A stretch of 63,166 nucleotides of DNA, filler included, from Rhabdomonas costata (taxonomy: Eukaryota), in the NCBI GenBank assembly GCA_019059605.1. It is 25 parts of 25 records of this genome, joined end to end, with 100 filler letters (N's around TTAATTAATTAA, not from the genome) between each part and the next. Parts side by side here need not be neighbours in the genome. Positions count along the whole stretch, not along the records: positions 12,667 to 15,098 come from JAHMHO010003440.1; positions 15,199 to 17,628 come from JAHMHO010003441.1; positions 17,729 to 20,158 come from JAHMHO010003442.1; positions 20,259 to 22,688 come from JAHMHO010003443.1; positions 22,789 to 25,215 come from JAHMHO010003444.1; positions 25,316 to 27,744 come from JAHMHO010003445.1; 19 more parts are not named here. One strand, written 5' to 3'. The translations under genes and the position numbers were made by a program. Shown piece by piece: positions 13,084 to 25,734 of the stretch. The notes beneath the pieces were generated by a model. The model had not been told where the DNA came from, did not search any database, and saw nothing but the letters and a program-made list of their open reading frames with translations. How positions within the stretch are numbered: position 1 is the stretch's first letter; each line of letters starts with the position of its first letter.

Positions 13084-13399
13084 CTGGTACCCACGCACGC
13101 ACGAACAGAGAACGCAGATCGCCGCGGAGCCACAACCAGCCCCGGGATTGCCCATTCCAAAAAAAAATCTGATAAAGGAGGAAGGAAAGTAGGCACTCCG
13201 AGACTACGGAGTATGAAGAAGGCATTTCTTGGGGTTCAGCATCTAGGGAACATAGCGTAGCGGAGTGACCGGTCACATGGGGTGCATATTTCCTGGACTC
13301 ACAGTTCCTTCTATGGATGTAGTGATTGTACCCCATGACTTCACGGTGGGGTATTTTGAGCGAGGGTGAATCAGAGGTCCAAGAAATATGCATCATCAC

Positions 13400-14880
13400 T
13401 TGGAGGTACCCCAGCATTCCAACACCCAACATAGCGATTGTATCAGTAGCATCAGTTGTTGGTGGGTCGGCCTCTGCGGCCTCCTCTTTGCATCACTCCA
13501 CTACATTGGGGCGAGATGGCCAATGCGTAGTAGTGAGTTCAACAATTAGGAGGAACGACCGGAGGGAGTGACGACATCAACATCTTCATCTTTGTGAATT
13601 GGTCGCGCTCCCTTCCACTCATGCATGGGTTCAGGAGTGTTGTACTAGCGGTTGGCATCTCAGCCCAGCAAGCACACTCAGTGGTAGTGGCATGGGGTGG
13701 TATGCCCGGGGTGAGTTGCAGTGACTGTGGAGGTGGCCTTCCTCGCCTCTCTGACACATTGACACATGGTTGGTTGTGGCGTAGGTGGAGTGGTGACTGA
13801 CACCAGAGGTAACTGGATGCACCACTGCCAACATTGCCACATCCACCCATTCAATAGGAGTGTAGCATCGGGTGTAGTGGAGTGGAGGTGAGGCCACTGT
13901 CACTACCCTTACGCTCAAACTACTGCCATCAACATACATGCGGATGTAACTACTACCACGGCACCATACCATGGGTTGGTTGTACACTCACGTAGGTTGT
14001 GGTGTTGTGTCAGCTGGATGCATAGGGCCATTAGCTTGTGACCTTGTGAGCAACCAGTGCCGGTGATACACACACCCTTGCCTCGACTGTTCCCAGTGGC
14101 CATCTACCAACCTTACTCAATCGTTGCCAACGTCATCACGTGGGTGTGGGGGCGTCTGGAATTCCTAGCCAATGGTGTGGTGGATCGTGTTTGACTCAGT
14201 AGGTATGAAGGCTAACTTGATCACTTGTGTGGTGCCGTATTGCGTCCGACACTTACCTTGGATATTCCGAGGGACATCTACATATGCGACACTACACCGA
14301 GAGCGGGAATACCACACCAGAACCACCACAAACACCATCACCGTCACCACGCAAGAAGAAGTCACCACCACCAAAGTCACCCATCCACCCAAAGTCAAAC
14401 CCACCTCAACCCCATAACCTCCACAACTGACACCGTGACACCAACACCAACACCAACTCCACATCCAACACCATGCGATAAACCATTGAGGAACATCACC
14501 CTACGACTCCAAGACCAACACCCGCCATGCACCCAACTCCAAGAACACAAAGTCCAACCGTCACAGCAACCACCAACATAGCCCCACAGACAAAGACACA
14601 GACACAGCAACCAACCCCAACAGCAAGACCAAACACCATGAGTGCAAGCAGCAGCACCAACCCTCCACCCACCAAAGTCAAACACACCATGAGCTCACCC
14701 ACCACCATCGCAAACCCAACCCCAGTGACCCACCCAACCCACAGCAACGGCACCAACACCCCTACTCCTACACACGACAGCCCACACCAACACCATAGCC
14801 CCCAAGGTCAACACCCACAAGCCCAGCACCCACAACCACCATAGCCCACAACCCAACCACCAACCCCCGTGACCATGAGC
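13400..14880. pseudogene. Decayed surface-protein-like sequence with a Thr/Pro-rich mucin-like tract (14290-14880, +)
   Basis: Frameshifted T/P-rich reading (TPTPTPTP). The left part on the minus strand loosely resembles 23040-23400. Confidence 0.35.
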
Positions 14881-15821
14881 CCCAGATACCCTGTATTCGC
14901 TAACAGGAAGGTTCAAGAAGGCAACCCCGTGATGTCGACACAACTCAGAAAAAAAATCCCCAAACCCGAAATTCCAAAAGCCCAAATACCGGCGCGAAAT
15001 CAAAAAGTGAGCTGGATATACCACCCGTTTGAATAACTACATCCATTGATGCATGCCTACCGGTACCAATCACTCAATCCTACGGGTGATGCTGCAGGNN
15101 NNNNNNNNNNNNNNNNNNNNNNNNNNNNNNNNNNNNNNNNNNTTAATTAATTAANNNNNNNNNNNNNNNNNNNNNNNNNNNNNNNNNNNNNNNNNNNNAG
15201 GCACAACAGGCACACACACACACAGCAGTTTTCGTTTGTCATTGACACGCATAGGCAACACCGCGGATCGAACAATAACGACCAGACAATTTGACTTGTG
15301 TAATTTTCTTCCTGCCGCCCTTAAATTAACTGTACCAAAAGCGCCACACAACAAAACACCAGCTGAGCGCAGTATAGGAAAAGCATCCAAGGCAGCAGGC
15401 TCCCCTTGCCCTTCCGCAGCTAATTTATGACGTGTTGAGTAACACATGCATGCTGGGACGCGCCCAGAACATCTCCGTCCAACTAGGCCTCCCCCGTCCC
15501 TCTCACAAAAGACTGTACACCTCCTTCCAGCGAAAAGAGGCCATCTATTTTCAAACACACCCACCCACCAACACACAAATACACGCGTGCAAGCATGACG
15601 CTTGAGCAGCACAAAGAAAATCAACGGGCAACGGTGCACCAAAAAGGCACATGCGGGAATGGGGGGGCGCAGGCAAACAGGGAAAAGTTCCTCAGCGTGG
15701 AGGGACACACGACAAATAGCACACTGAAAGCGGAGCACAAACTTGACATGACAGAGGCCAACCGAGCGCGTCTCGGTGGCGAGCAAGCACAGCCCCACCC
15801 TCCATGGAAGTGGCGAGCAGC

Positions 15822-16196
15822 TCACTTCCTCCACTCAATGGAGTGCGTGGTGACACGAGGCTGCTCCACCAGGACGTTCCGCATCACCTTCTCAATGACC
15901 ACCTTCTCCGGGGGGTTCTCTCGGTCTTGCTCAGACTCGTAGTCGTTGTTAACGTAGTACCCCACGCGAATAAACTCCTGGTCCTGCGTTAAGGACACAG
16001 CGTCAACCAATTCTTTAGGGCATGCCTGCAGCAAAGGGTCCAAAAAGAGTGCACACACCTTGTAGGTGCAAATCAGGAGAATAACGGTGACCCCGAGAAC
16101 GTCAGCGGGGGGAATCTTGGTGTGGTCAGGCGCGGGTGCGGTGAGAACAAACTCGTTCGGTCCCACGGTGACAGGGCCGACCACGACGTCCTCCAG
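15822..16196 (-). CDS. ASF1: Histone chaperone ASF1, central/C-terminal part only (exons 16196-16059, 15983-15822)
   Basis: LEDVVVGPV..NEFVLTAPAPD..IP..DVLGVTVILLICTYK|DQEFIRVGYYVNNDY..ENPP..RNVLVEQPRVT..IEW, with an in-frame 75-nt GT-AG intron. Confidence 0.95.
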   Translation of the reverse strand: MEDVVVGPVTVGPNEFVLTAPAPDHTKIPPADVLGVTVILLICTYKVCALFLDPLLQACPKELVDAVSLTQDQEFIRVGYYVNNDYESEQDRENPPEKVVIEKVMRNVLVEQPRVTTHSIEWRK

Positions 16197-16238
16197 AGAC
16201 ATATTTCAATTTAAGAGGGGTTATAAACCATTGAGCGT

Positions 16239-17628
16239 TTAGCAGTGCTCAATGGTACACGCCCCCAAGGAATGGGGCCGCATCGTGAAACGTGGCGTCA
16301 TATCGTTCGAAACGTCGTACACCTGGTTCCACAGGATATAAAAAGGAGGCCGATTAGTTGTGTAATGTCACGGCTCACAACCAGCTTGCAGCAGGTTTCA
16401 GATCACCGCGGCTGGCAGACGGAGCGTATGTGGTGGTGCATCCATCCGCTCTCTTGAAGTGAGTTTGTTTCATGTGAATAGCGCGTTGGCAGATGCGGGC
16501 TGTGGTCTCGGCCCTCTTGCAGTCTCTTGTTTTCTCGTCGACCGCGTGAGTGCACCACGTCTGGCTGTATGGCGGTATGGCGCGAAGGTCCGTTGAGAAC
16601 CACAGGTACCTCAGGAATTCTCTCGGAGGAGTCAGCTCAAACCGATGTGACTCGTCAAAACGCATGTCCGCTGGTAAACACTGCACAAAGAACAACGCCC
16701 AATGAACACGGAAGGGACAGGGGGTTTCGCTAAAAACACTTACCCGGGAGCGCTGCGATGGTTTTAGACGGTGCGTGGGCCAGCACTTGTAGACCTGGCA
16801 CAGCTGCTCCCAGTCCGCGTCGTTTTCCACAGCTACCAGGTCGTCCTCAGGGTCCCTATACACCGAAAGAGAATGTGCTCGAGGTAGTTTCTGAAAATGC
16901 CCGTCTTCGTGCGGTGGCTGACCGCGTCACCGCGCTGAGCGAGTCCTGTGCGGGTTCCAACTTGCAGTCGCCAATGAGGCACTCGCTGCCTGCGTACAAG
17001 CCCAACAACCCGCTTCCCCCCCCCCTCCTCCGAACCTGTAGATTAGCAACGCAGGGCGGGTCGCCCGGCATGCTGCCCCGCACAGCATGGCCACCGCCTC
17101 GTCAAAGGACAGGCTCATGGGCAGCTCCAAGGACACAGCGGTTGGCCCCCTCCCCGAGCCCTTGCTCGCCGTGGGGGCAGAAGGTGGGCCCGGCTCCAGG
17201 CTCAAAGCGATGCAGCCCACACGGGGGGCGGACGTGGGAGCTTTGGAAGCAGGGCCCTGGCCAAGTGGGGAGCTCTTCAGAAGCTGAGTACACGAACGAG
17301 CCCCCCACAACCAGAGTGGCAAGCACTAGAGTGTCCTTCCTAGGTTAACTTGGTAATTATTGCAGGTCTTGTGTTCCGATCCGCCGCCAAAAATTTCGTA
17401 CTTTCTCGCTGCGTGGGTTTTCCATACTAGTGTCCTTCCGGCCAGGCTTCAGGCAGAAACAGCAATTCAGAAGTATGCAATCGTGTGTGCCAATGCAGGG
17501 AGGACGCGGGCCGAGAAGCTGACCTGCTTCCACCTCTTCAGCGTGGGAACCACCTCTTCCTCCGCGACCACCGCGGCAGCATCCCCAGCTTCGTCTTTCT
17601 GTTTTTCCTCCACCGCCAAACCCCCACC
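16239..17628 (-). CDS. PB1-domain protein, 3' part, multi-exon
   Basis: LSFDEAVAML..LLIYR|DPEDDLVAVENDADWEQL is an acidic PB1/OPCA motif. GT-AG exons continue to a probable last exon with TAA at 16241-16239. Confidence 0.65.
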
Positions 17629-18049
17629 NNNNNNNNNNNNNNNNNNNNNNNNNNNNNNNNNNNNNNNNNNNNTTAATTAATTAANNNNNNNNNNNNNNNN
17701 NNNNNNNNNNNNNNNNNNNNNNNNNNNNAGTTTACAACCTTGCATATTCACCAAGAGACAGACATGCCACCCAAGCCCAGAGTAAAAAAAACACTAAAAG
17801 GACTAAGTTCTGGATTTCTGGGAGTAACTTCGTTTATCTTGTTTTTATGATGATTCTGGCTGCGGTCACGTTGGCAGACCGGATGGACCTGTGGACGGGC
17901 GCGAAAATCACCAAACGCTATAGACCAGCGCATGGAAAGCAATTTGGAGAAGGGCACCATTCTAACGTGGTGAACCAGCTGGCTGCTTCCCAAGGTTCAA
18001 AATATACGGAGAGAGTTACCAAGTCGGACGCTGCTGTTGTCATGGCTCA

Positions 18050-18620
18050 CAAGACCTTGTTGGAGATCTGCTTTTTGTTTTTGTACTTGGGCGAGTCTTC
18101 TTGCGCGCCCGAGCCACCTGTGCACTGCCCCCTGCGTGTCGGACCCAATACTCGTCCAAATAAAACTCCTGCATCCTTGTACCATTTTTTCTTCTGGATT
18201 TTCAGCAACCCTGGGGGCGCCGAGACTGTTTGCATGTTGCCACGCACAACCCTCGCCAGCACCCCACCATTGTCCTAACCTTTCAACAGAACGTACTTCA
18301 GCGAGTTATGCGCAGACGGCCGTTGTGCTATTTTTGGGAGTTCTGTAATATGCAAAATGAACGACGTTGGAGATGGCAAATGCCCACCTTCTTGCAGTCC
18401 CCCTCCCCCTCCTTCCGAATTAAAGGCCTCTTTGCCGTAAAAAAGAAGCAAAAGGTTGGAAGTGAACCCCAACAAGCCAAAAAGCCCACCGCAGTACACA
18501 ACATATAGTCCCCCATATCATTAAGCACCGTTTGCGTTGTATTGTGTGTGCTGTGTGAGTGGCGGAGGCGGCGAGGAGGGAACCCGAATGCCAATCACAG
18601 CTTGACTTTCATAACGGGTG
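18050..18620 (-). mobile_element. Possible decayed LINE RT
   Basis: GLQEGGHLPSPTSFILHI resembles the RT motif G.xQG.PLSP.LF. Frames are interrupted. Confidence 0.35.
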
Positions 18621-18896
18621 AAAAAAAAACACGAAAAAAATCGGAAGAAAGGAGGACACGTGTATGCAAGGCAATTCAGAGGTTGCAGACTTCAGAGGAA
18701 GAGATAAATGTCCAGGCTCCTGACAACGGACAAGGAAGAGGAAGGAAAAGGCCTGGCATCACAACGGTGGATGTACGTCGAGCAACCGCACAAGCGTCAC
18801 ATACCACTCAACAGAGGGTGGTGGGGTAGAAACGTGGGAGGACGGATGTGGTGAACAGAGAATGAAGGTACAGCTGAAACAATCACGTCCTTCGTA

Positions 18897-19265
18897 GGAA
18901 TGGAAAAATCAAGATGGAAGATGGAACACGAAAAAAACCCAGCCAGCCACGAGCGCTTCTGTGTGGTGAGATCGCATTTCTCGGATTGATCTCGAACTTT
19001 TCAGGTCAGTGAGAGTGGGTCAGTGTGTGAGACGCACGACTCAACAGAGCGCAACGGGGCCGACACAGACCTGAGAGATTGGATGTGGCGAGGCGAACAG
19101 AGACCAGGGGCGGACTATAACCCTCCCCTTCCTCAGTGGGAATGGAAAATCAAGGGTGAATATATGAAGAATATGAACAAGGAATGTGAAAAAAGCCCAG
19201 CCAGCCAGGAGTGCGTCTATATGGTGGAATCTCAGATTGAACTCGAATTCAGACTGAGGTCAGAG
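18897..19265 (+). repeat. Diverged direct repeat pair of about 125 bp (18897-19025, 19139-19265)
   Basis: Shared ggaatggaaaa(a)tcaag, cccagccagcca.gag.gc, ctc.gattga.ctcgaa and ggtcag. Confidence 0.8.
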
Positions 19266-20258
19266 AAAGTATGTGTATTGTGCCTGCGTGCAGAGGTGCT
19301 GTGTTTGTTTGAGTGCGTTTGTTGAATGCGATGGGCGATGGTTGAGGTAGAGATGATGCCTCGGTCTTCTGTCTTCCGCACCCGTGAGCTGCGTGTGCGC
19401 TTGCAGTCAGCTAGGCCGGACTTGAACAACCGATCGCCATCATTTGCCGTCGGGTGCTCACCTCCAGAGACCCCAGTGGTCTGTTTCTGCGTGTGTGGGT
19501 GAGCGCGAGATGTGTTCTTTGGGCGTGATGCTGAGTTAGACACCGGCTGGCTGATGGGGGAGGGCAGCAAGAGGAGAGGAGAGAGGAGTTGCATCACAGA
19601 GAGAAGCCCCAGATGAGGTTTGCTGGGGACTTTCATGATATAATGCGTGCAAAAATTTGATTTGCGCGTTTGTCCCACGAGCAAATTTTCGGAGGTCATT
19701 GGATGGATCCAAACGTCCGAAACCAGGGTGGCGGGGAAGGACTCAAGGACTGAACATGCAGGATGCAGTCGCCCTGGAAAGGGGGTACTCCACGGGTGAC
19801 AAGCAGGGAGGTGATGACTGCTAAATGATAAGGGTGAACTACATTCTACGTACTGCTGTACTCGTACCTGATCATCAGGACAGCTCTGTGAGGATGCAGG
19901 AAACGTGAAACACAGAGAAGGAAGAGTGATTGGCTCATGCTCGAGCTCGGGCTGGCTGCGGGAGAGGAGGACACAGGGTGTCCAACCGGGGGCACAGGCA
20001 TGTATTGATGATTATTGAAAAAGAAAGCTGGGGCGTACCCACCGATTTTCTATGTAGAACAATCGGATGGTGGCGAGGACACGGGAGACATGGGCACGGA
20101 GATTTCTGTTGTGCAACATCAGATGTCACCCTTATCATTTAGCAGTCATCACCACAAANNNNNNNNNNNNNNNNNNNNNNNNNNNNNNNNNNNNNNNNNN
20201 NNTTAATTAATTAANNNNNNNNNNNNNNNNNNNNNNNNNNNNNNNNNNNNNNNNNNNN

Positions 20259-21118
20259 CGCATTGATGGTCGTTACCACGGGGCTCAGATCCTTGGGTAG
20301 CGTGTTTTTTCTTCTTTGAGCCCTGTTGTTGGTGGAATGGGCATTTGATATGATTACTCTCCTTTTTTCTTGCTTCGGAGAAATCATGGAACTTCGCCGC
20401 CGTAGGAAGACGACGCCATTGTAAAACAGAGGCACGATGTCGCGACGTTACGCAAGAACGCGATGGGTTTTGCACTCTTGGAATATCTACTGCCGGTAAA
20501 TCCAGATCTGGAGGTGGGGGATTCTTTTAGTTACTGATGGCCCTTCCCTATGCAGCCGCGGAGCCAATTGAAAGTGAGGGCTGAACACTCGCAGGACCCT
20601 GTCTTTCTTAGAATGGGGGTTAATTGCGGTGTACGGGAGCTTTCCTTCGAATTTATGCTGAATAAAGTTGCGCAAAAGCTTGCAGGGGATGACCTCCAAG
20701 CTTTTGCGCAACTTTGTTCTACAGGCCCAGTAAAAGTTTACTTTTGGTGTTCCCTCCTTTTCCAAGGAACCGGTATTCGGACTGCGTGCAGTCTTTGGAA
20801 TGGAAGAATTTGGAATGTGGCGATCCAAAGTAAAGGAGCGAAGTCAAAAGCTCACCTGGTAAGCTGCAATTACTGTTTGACATGATTTTCGCTGCGGAGG
20901 TGGCAGGCGCTTTTAACGAAGGGTGCCATTTTTTCAGATACATGGAAATGCAGAGCACAGTTTTCTCTGGTAGTGTGCATGCGCCGAGCAACCGAGAAGC
21001 TGAAGATCAATGGAAGCGTTTTTTTCGTTTTCACCTCAGAGGCCAGCCCGGCGTCAGCATGGGAGGGATGGGCATGGGAGGGATGGGCATGGGAGGGGTG
21101 GGCGGTCGACCGTGGTGA
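20259..21118 (+). CDS. Gly/Met-rich DGRxDGR-repeat protein, copy A, 3' part (exons 20259-20296, 21040-21118)
   Basis: RIDGRYHGAQILG|GQPGVSMGGMGMGGMGMGGVGGRPW*, joined by an in-frame GT-AG intron. Confidence 0.75.
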
Positions 21119-21895
21119 AGCGGAAGATCCGGGCATGCGGCGATTCAGCAGCCGACCTCCTCAGTAACAAATCAGAAATCGATGACTGTTCTCCCCTTTC
21201 TTATCCAACCAACCTCTTTCTTTCCCGCGAGACCCTGCTGAGAGACTGGTGAGCTACACGCACACTCTCTCTATTCTTGGTGCCTTCGCTTTTGCTCCGC
21301 TTCCCGCGCCCCGCTTCCCCGCCTTCGCGGGGCTTCTTCTGCCTTAACCGCAAGCTAACCTTCATACGGTGTTGTCACCGTCGGCGATGTGCTGTGGATA
21401 AAGGCAAGTGTTTTTATTGGGGATGATGAGGTGTGGCGGCCAAATGGATGGGTCGTTGGAATCAGCGGTAGGCAGCTCGCTTACAGTACCTCTGAGGACT
21501 GGGAATAATCCCTTAAAGCGATGCTTTCCTGAGAGAGCGTATGGGAAATTTGCCGCGCGGTTCCCGCTCCGCTCGGTTTGTCAAACCGTTGTGGGTTTTC
21601 ACCATTTCTGCTTCCCTGACGGTGCACGCTGACGTAGCTGTGCTACGGCAAATTGAAACCCAATTCGGGAATTGATCTGTATTCTGCACAGCGCGGTATG
21701 ATGAGCGTTACCTCATTTTGAGAAAAGCAAATGTCTGATTGGCAAGACGCGAGCTTGGTGGACCGTGCGTTCTACGCCTGTGAGCATATCAGGTTCACCT
21801 TGTCAATATGTTGTATTTACTAACTGGTCAACCTCTGGCGGAGTCTTTGCCATGCTCGCTTCTACCATTTCAGGTTCTTCTTTCTCTGACACCAA

Positions 21896-22437
21896 ATGTA
21901 CGGAGGCGGATATGGGATGAGCGGCGGATATGGTACGGGTGGAGGGTACGGGATGGGCATGGGTGGCCCCACCCCAACGGAGAGGCTGGACGCCATGGAC
22001 GGGCGGATGGACGGGCGCCACTATGGCGCTCCCATCATGAACGCGTATTTACCCATCGCCTCATTTGTGTGCTTTTACGGTTGGATCTTCACCTAGAATT
22101 CCGTCAGTACTCTTGGATAGCCTTGAGGCCAGCTGTGAATCTGAAGCTCGTTTTTTTTCTTCGCATTTCCACATTTTCTGTCTGGTTGCCATGTGAAGCA
22201 ACGAGTATGGTGCGTTGGTGAGCTGTACACGACCTGTATACTGTGCACAGGTTTGCCGATAACTTTTCGCGCTTTGCCGTTCCATTTTCCTTGCGGCAGT
22301 GCAGGTCATGAAAACCACATCATTCGCCAGCTTACCCCAAACCATGCTCATTCTTTTCCCAGGAATCCCGCCGCCCAGTCACTGGATGCCATGGACGGGC
22401 GCATTGATGGTCGCTACTATGGAGCCCAGATTCTTGG
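21896..22437 (+). CDS. Gly/Met/Tyr-rich DGRxDGR-repeat protein, copy B (exons 21896-22044, 22363-22437)
   Basis: MYGGGYGMSGGYGTGGGYGMGMGGPTPTERLDAMDGRMDGRHYGAPIMNA|NPAAQSLDAMDGRIDGRYYGAQILG. Differences from copy A are mostly synonymous. Confidence 0.8.
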
Positions 22438-25400
22438 GTAACGTGCCGTTATGCAAACTCGAGTTGTATGGATGTGGTCTTGCGGATGTAAGATCCCTAC
22501 AGTTCTTTCTCTTATCGCTGTTCTGGGGGTTCTACCAGGTGGTCCTATCTAGCCTCTTCAGCCGGCCTCGGGAACCTCACCAATCGTCGGAGGCCTCATC
22601 GGAAATCGGGGTGGGGGGATAGGACCACTTACTTTGGCCCAAAACCTCGCCTATTCGCTGGGCGACATCCGCCATGGTCACACCAAAANNNNNNNNNNNN
22701 NNNNNNNNNNNNNNNNNNNNNNNNNNNNNNNNTTAATTAATTAANNNNNNNNNNNNNNNNNNNNNNNNNNNNNNNNNNNNNNNNNNNNGTTTTTGGGGTC
22801 TCACTGCTCAATTGAGCATGAGCCAAGCTCACTCGCATCTTCTTTTCACTTTCAACCACCGGAGTTGGGATTCTTCTGGACATCTGGGAGCGTAGCGACA
22901 TCGTTTTTTTTTGGCTGTTTCGAGCTAAGGGGAACAAACGGTAGTGAGTGACGACCTAGTAAACAAGCGAAGCGTTCTTCTCTTGTCGGTCGTTTGCCCT
23001 ACCCCCCACCCCACACATTGTTATACCCCGTAACTCGGTGCATCTCGGTGCATCCTTAGCCTTGGCAACCGTCACCCACCACCATCCATGCAGCGGCTTG
23101 CTCACTCTAACATCACCACCATCACCAGCAGCCGTCAGACAGCGGGGTTACGGCTGCAGCCTACCACCACCATGGGGTTGGAGGGCATTGCATCTGGCCA
23201 CCGGTGGGTGCAGCATCAACCCTGGCAGCACTGGCAGCATCACTACTACCGGTGTCACCTATACACCGCTGCCACACATCCGATGCACTGGTTGGCGTTG
23301 GCTGGGTTGGTCATGCATCACCATTGCTGGAAAGCTGACATCACCATCACCTTCAGCGTAGGGTTCGCATGCACACCACCAGTCATTGCTGGGGCTGTCA
23401 ACCACCAAAGAACACGACTCACTCTCACCAGCAACTCCAAATTAAAAATTCCAAAAAAAAAAAGTCAAAAAGTTGAAATCGACACCATCACCACCAAAGG
23501 CATCTTGCACCAAAGAACCCCACGCTCCACCTAGAAATTCCAAAATTCCAAAATCAAAAAATAAAGAAAAAGTTTGGGAATTCCAACACCCAGACATTCA
23601 AGCGCACCTTCCACTTACAAGATCCTTAAAGCAAGAAACCACCAACTCACGAAAACTTCAGAAATTCAAAAGTTCACGAAGTTTAAACGCAGATGCACTT
23701 TAGATTAAAAAACAAAACAAAATGCAAGTTAGACATTGAGACGAGAATCCCACAAAGTACCCTTGCACTATCACCTTACAAAGGCCCCTTACAAGACCCC
23801 TTACCAATCCAGACACTCCATAAAACAAAAGAAATTTCAAATTTCAAAATAGTGAGAGTTTACCGTTGACCCTAAAGAGAGGGCTAAGCCGAAGCAGGCC
23901 TGGGAGCTTTTGTTTTTTCAGCAGGCCTCCCGAAACGCTGCGTGGCCGGTCCTTGGGGTCAGGAGATTTTCCCGACCCGTTGTGCCCCTTGGCGGCTCTT
24001 TCATACTTTCATATCCCTTTTGCGCCGCTTCTTGCCCCATGCAGCGGAGGGTTTACGACAGCACCCACAACGTACTTCACAACGAACCTGGACACTGCCG
24101 CATGAGCCGGGGCGGCGGCGGTGAAAGGGTCCAAACCCACGCTTGGGAACGGAAGCCGAGCCAGCGAGCACACTCGTTTCGTCACTCAACGCGAGCGCAT
24201 TCTGCCCTGGCCGACTCCAGTGCCAAGTTAAAAGGCAGCGTCCTCAGAAGAAACACCACCTTGCACCCCGACAGGCAGCTGCGGAGGCTGAAGGTGAGCA
24301 TCCCAGCAGCCTTAGTCGCTCCATACAGGTCTGCAACTTGCTAAATACTTTCCGGGAGTGCTCCTGCACAAACCCCGTCAACCCGATAGGCACTCCCAGG
24401 AGCGAGAGCTGACGGAGGAGACGGGGCCCCCGTCATCGAGAAAACACGGGCTCTGCCTCTCCAAAAAAAAAAGGCACCTGCGTAGCAACTGCTGAAGGGC
24501 CAAGGAGAAGAAGATTGGACCGGGGCAGTCTCCCTGCTGTGTCCCCTCCTCGGAACACAGAAACTTTCGGCCCCTGGGCTCCTATAGAGAACCCCTATTG
24601 GGAAGCATTTGTTTTGTTTCATCGTCTGCACTTGTTTGCCGTTATTTTTTTCGTTTTGTTGACCCACGTAACTGACCATAATTGACTGTATTTTGAACTG
24701 TCACCCTAAATTTCTTGCAGTGATGCTTCCACAAAAAACAAACAGCTAATAAAATGATCTCTTGAGCTCACGGTTACAGAGGAAAAGGTAAGGCGTTCAA
24801 AGATACCTCAGAGCCAAACTGCGGCAGAATTGTAGGATCCCGCACACTTTTGAATCTGAAGCTTCGGTAGAGTTTACAAGTGGGACGCAACATTTTTCAC
24901 AAATTCACATCCAACGAAAGTCCGGAAAACCTACCCACGAATTCACCCTTTCTCAAAAACGACTGGGACAATCAAGTTGGAAGTTTGGGTGCTGAATCAA
25001 GTTAAAAATGGTAGAATATTATTCAAATGACTCGGAAGGATCAGTACAATGCATCGCATCCTACCTTTGGCACTTTAGTAACTAAAACGCTCCAAAGTTC
25101 CGTATTACGTTGAATGGTGTTAATCCATAAAACCCTTTTCGTGGATTCCATAATCCCATGTGCCTTTACATTAATGTTAGCGGCAATGTCACTTGCCATT
25201 AATGTGAACTAATTGNNNNNNNNNNNNNNNNNNNNNNNNNNNNNNNNNNNNNNNNNNNNTTAATTAATTAANNNNNNNNNNNNNNNNNNNNNNNNNNNNN
25301 NNNNNNNNNNNNNNNACATTCCGTGAATCCGAGTTATCAGTGACAAGCGGGAACAGAAAGTGAAACTTCCATTTTTAGTGCTGTCTGTGAATAGAGTGTG

Positions 25401-25734
25401 TGCGTATGAATCTGAGGGAAGGGGTGGGTGGGTGTAAATCCCAAAGTCATACGACCAGCTCAAAGAGCGAAAAGATGAGGTCAGGAAGATCAGGAAGGAA
25501 GGAAGGAAGGGATGCACACTCGCACACTCGTCTCATAACGTCACATAACACACAGGTCAGTTTGTAATATGATCTGTGAGTTGAGACAAGGTGAAAGTGG
25601 CGAAACATTAGTTTCAAGACCAACAAAACAGAAAAACCCAATGAACCACCAAGAACCCGATCAGAGCACACACACACACACACACAAGCACACACACAAG
25701 CCCCAGAAACCACTGAAAACCCCAAATCATATGC

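Noticed and set aside
20291-22441. Stop-codon reassignment at GGG TAG / GGG TAA
   Set aside because: Explained by GT donors. Conserved exons contain no in-frame stops, and TAA/TGA end genes normally.
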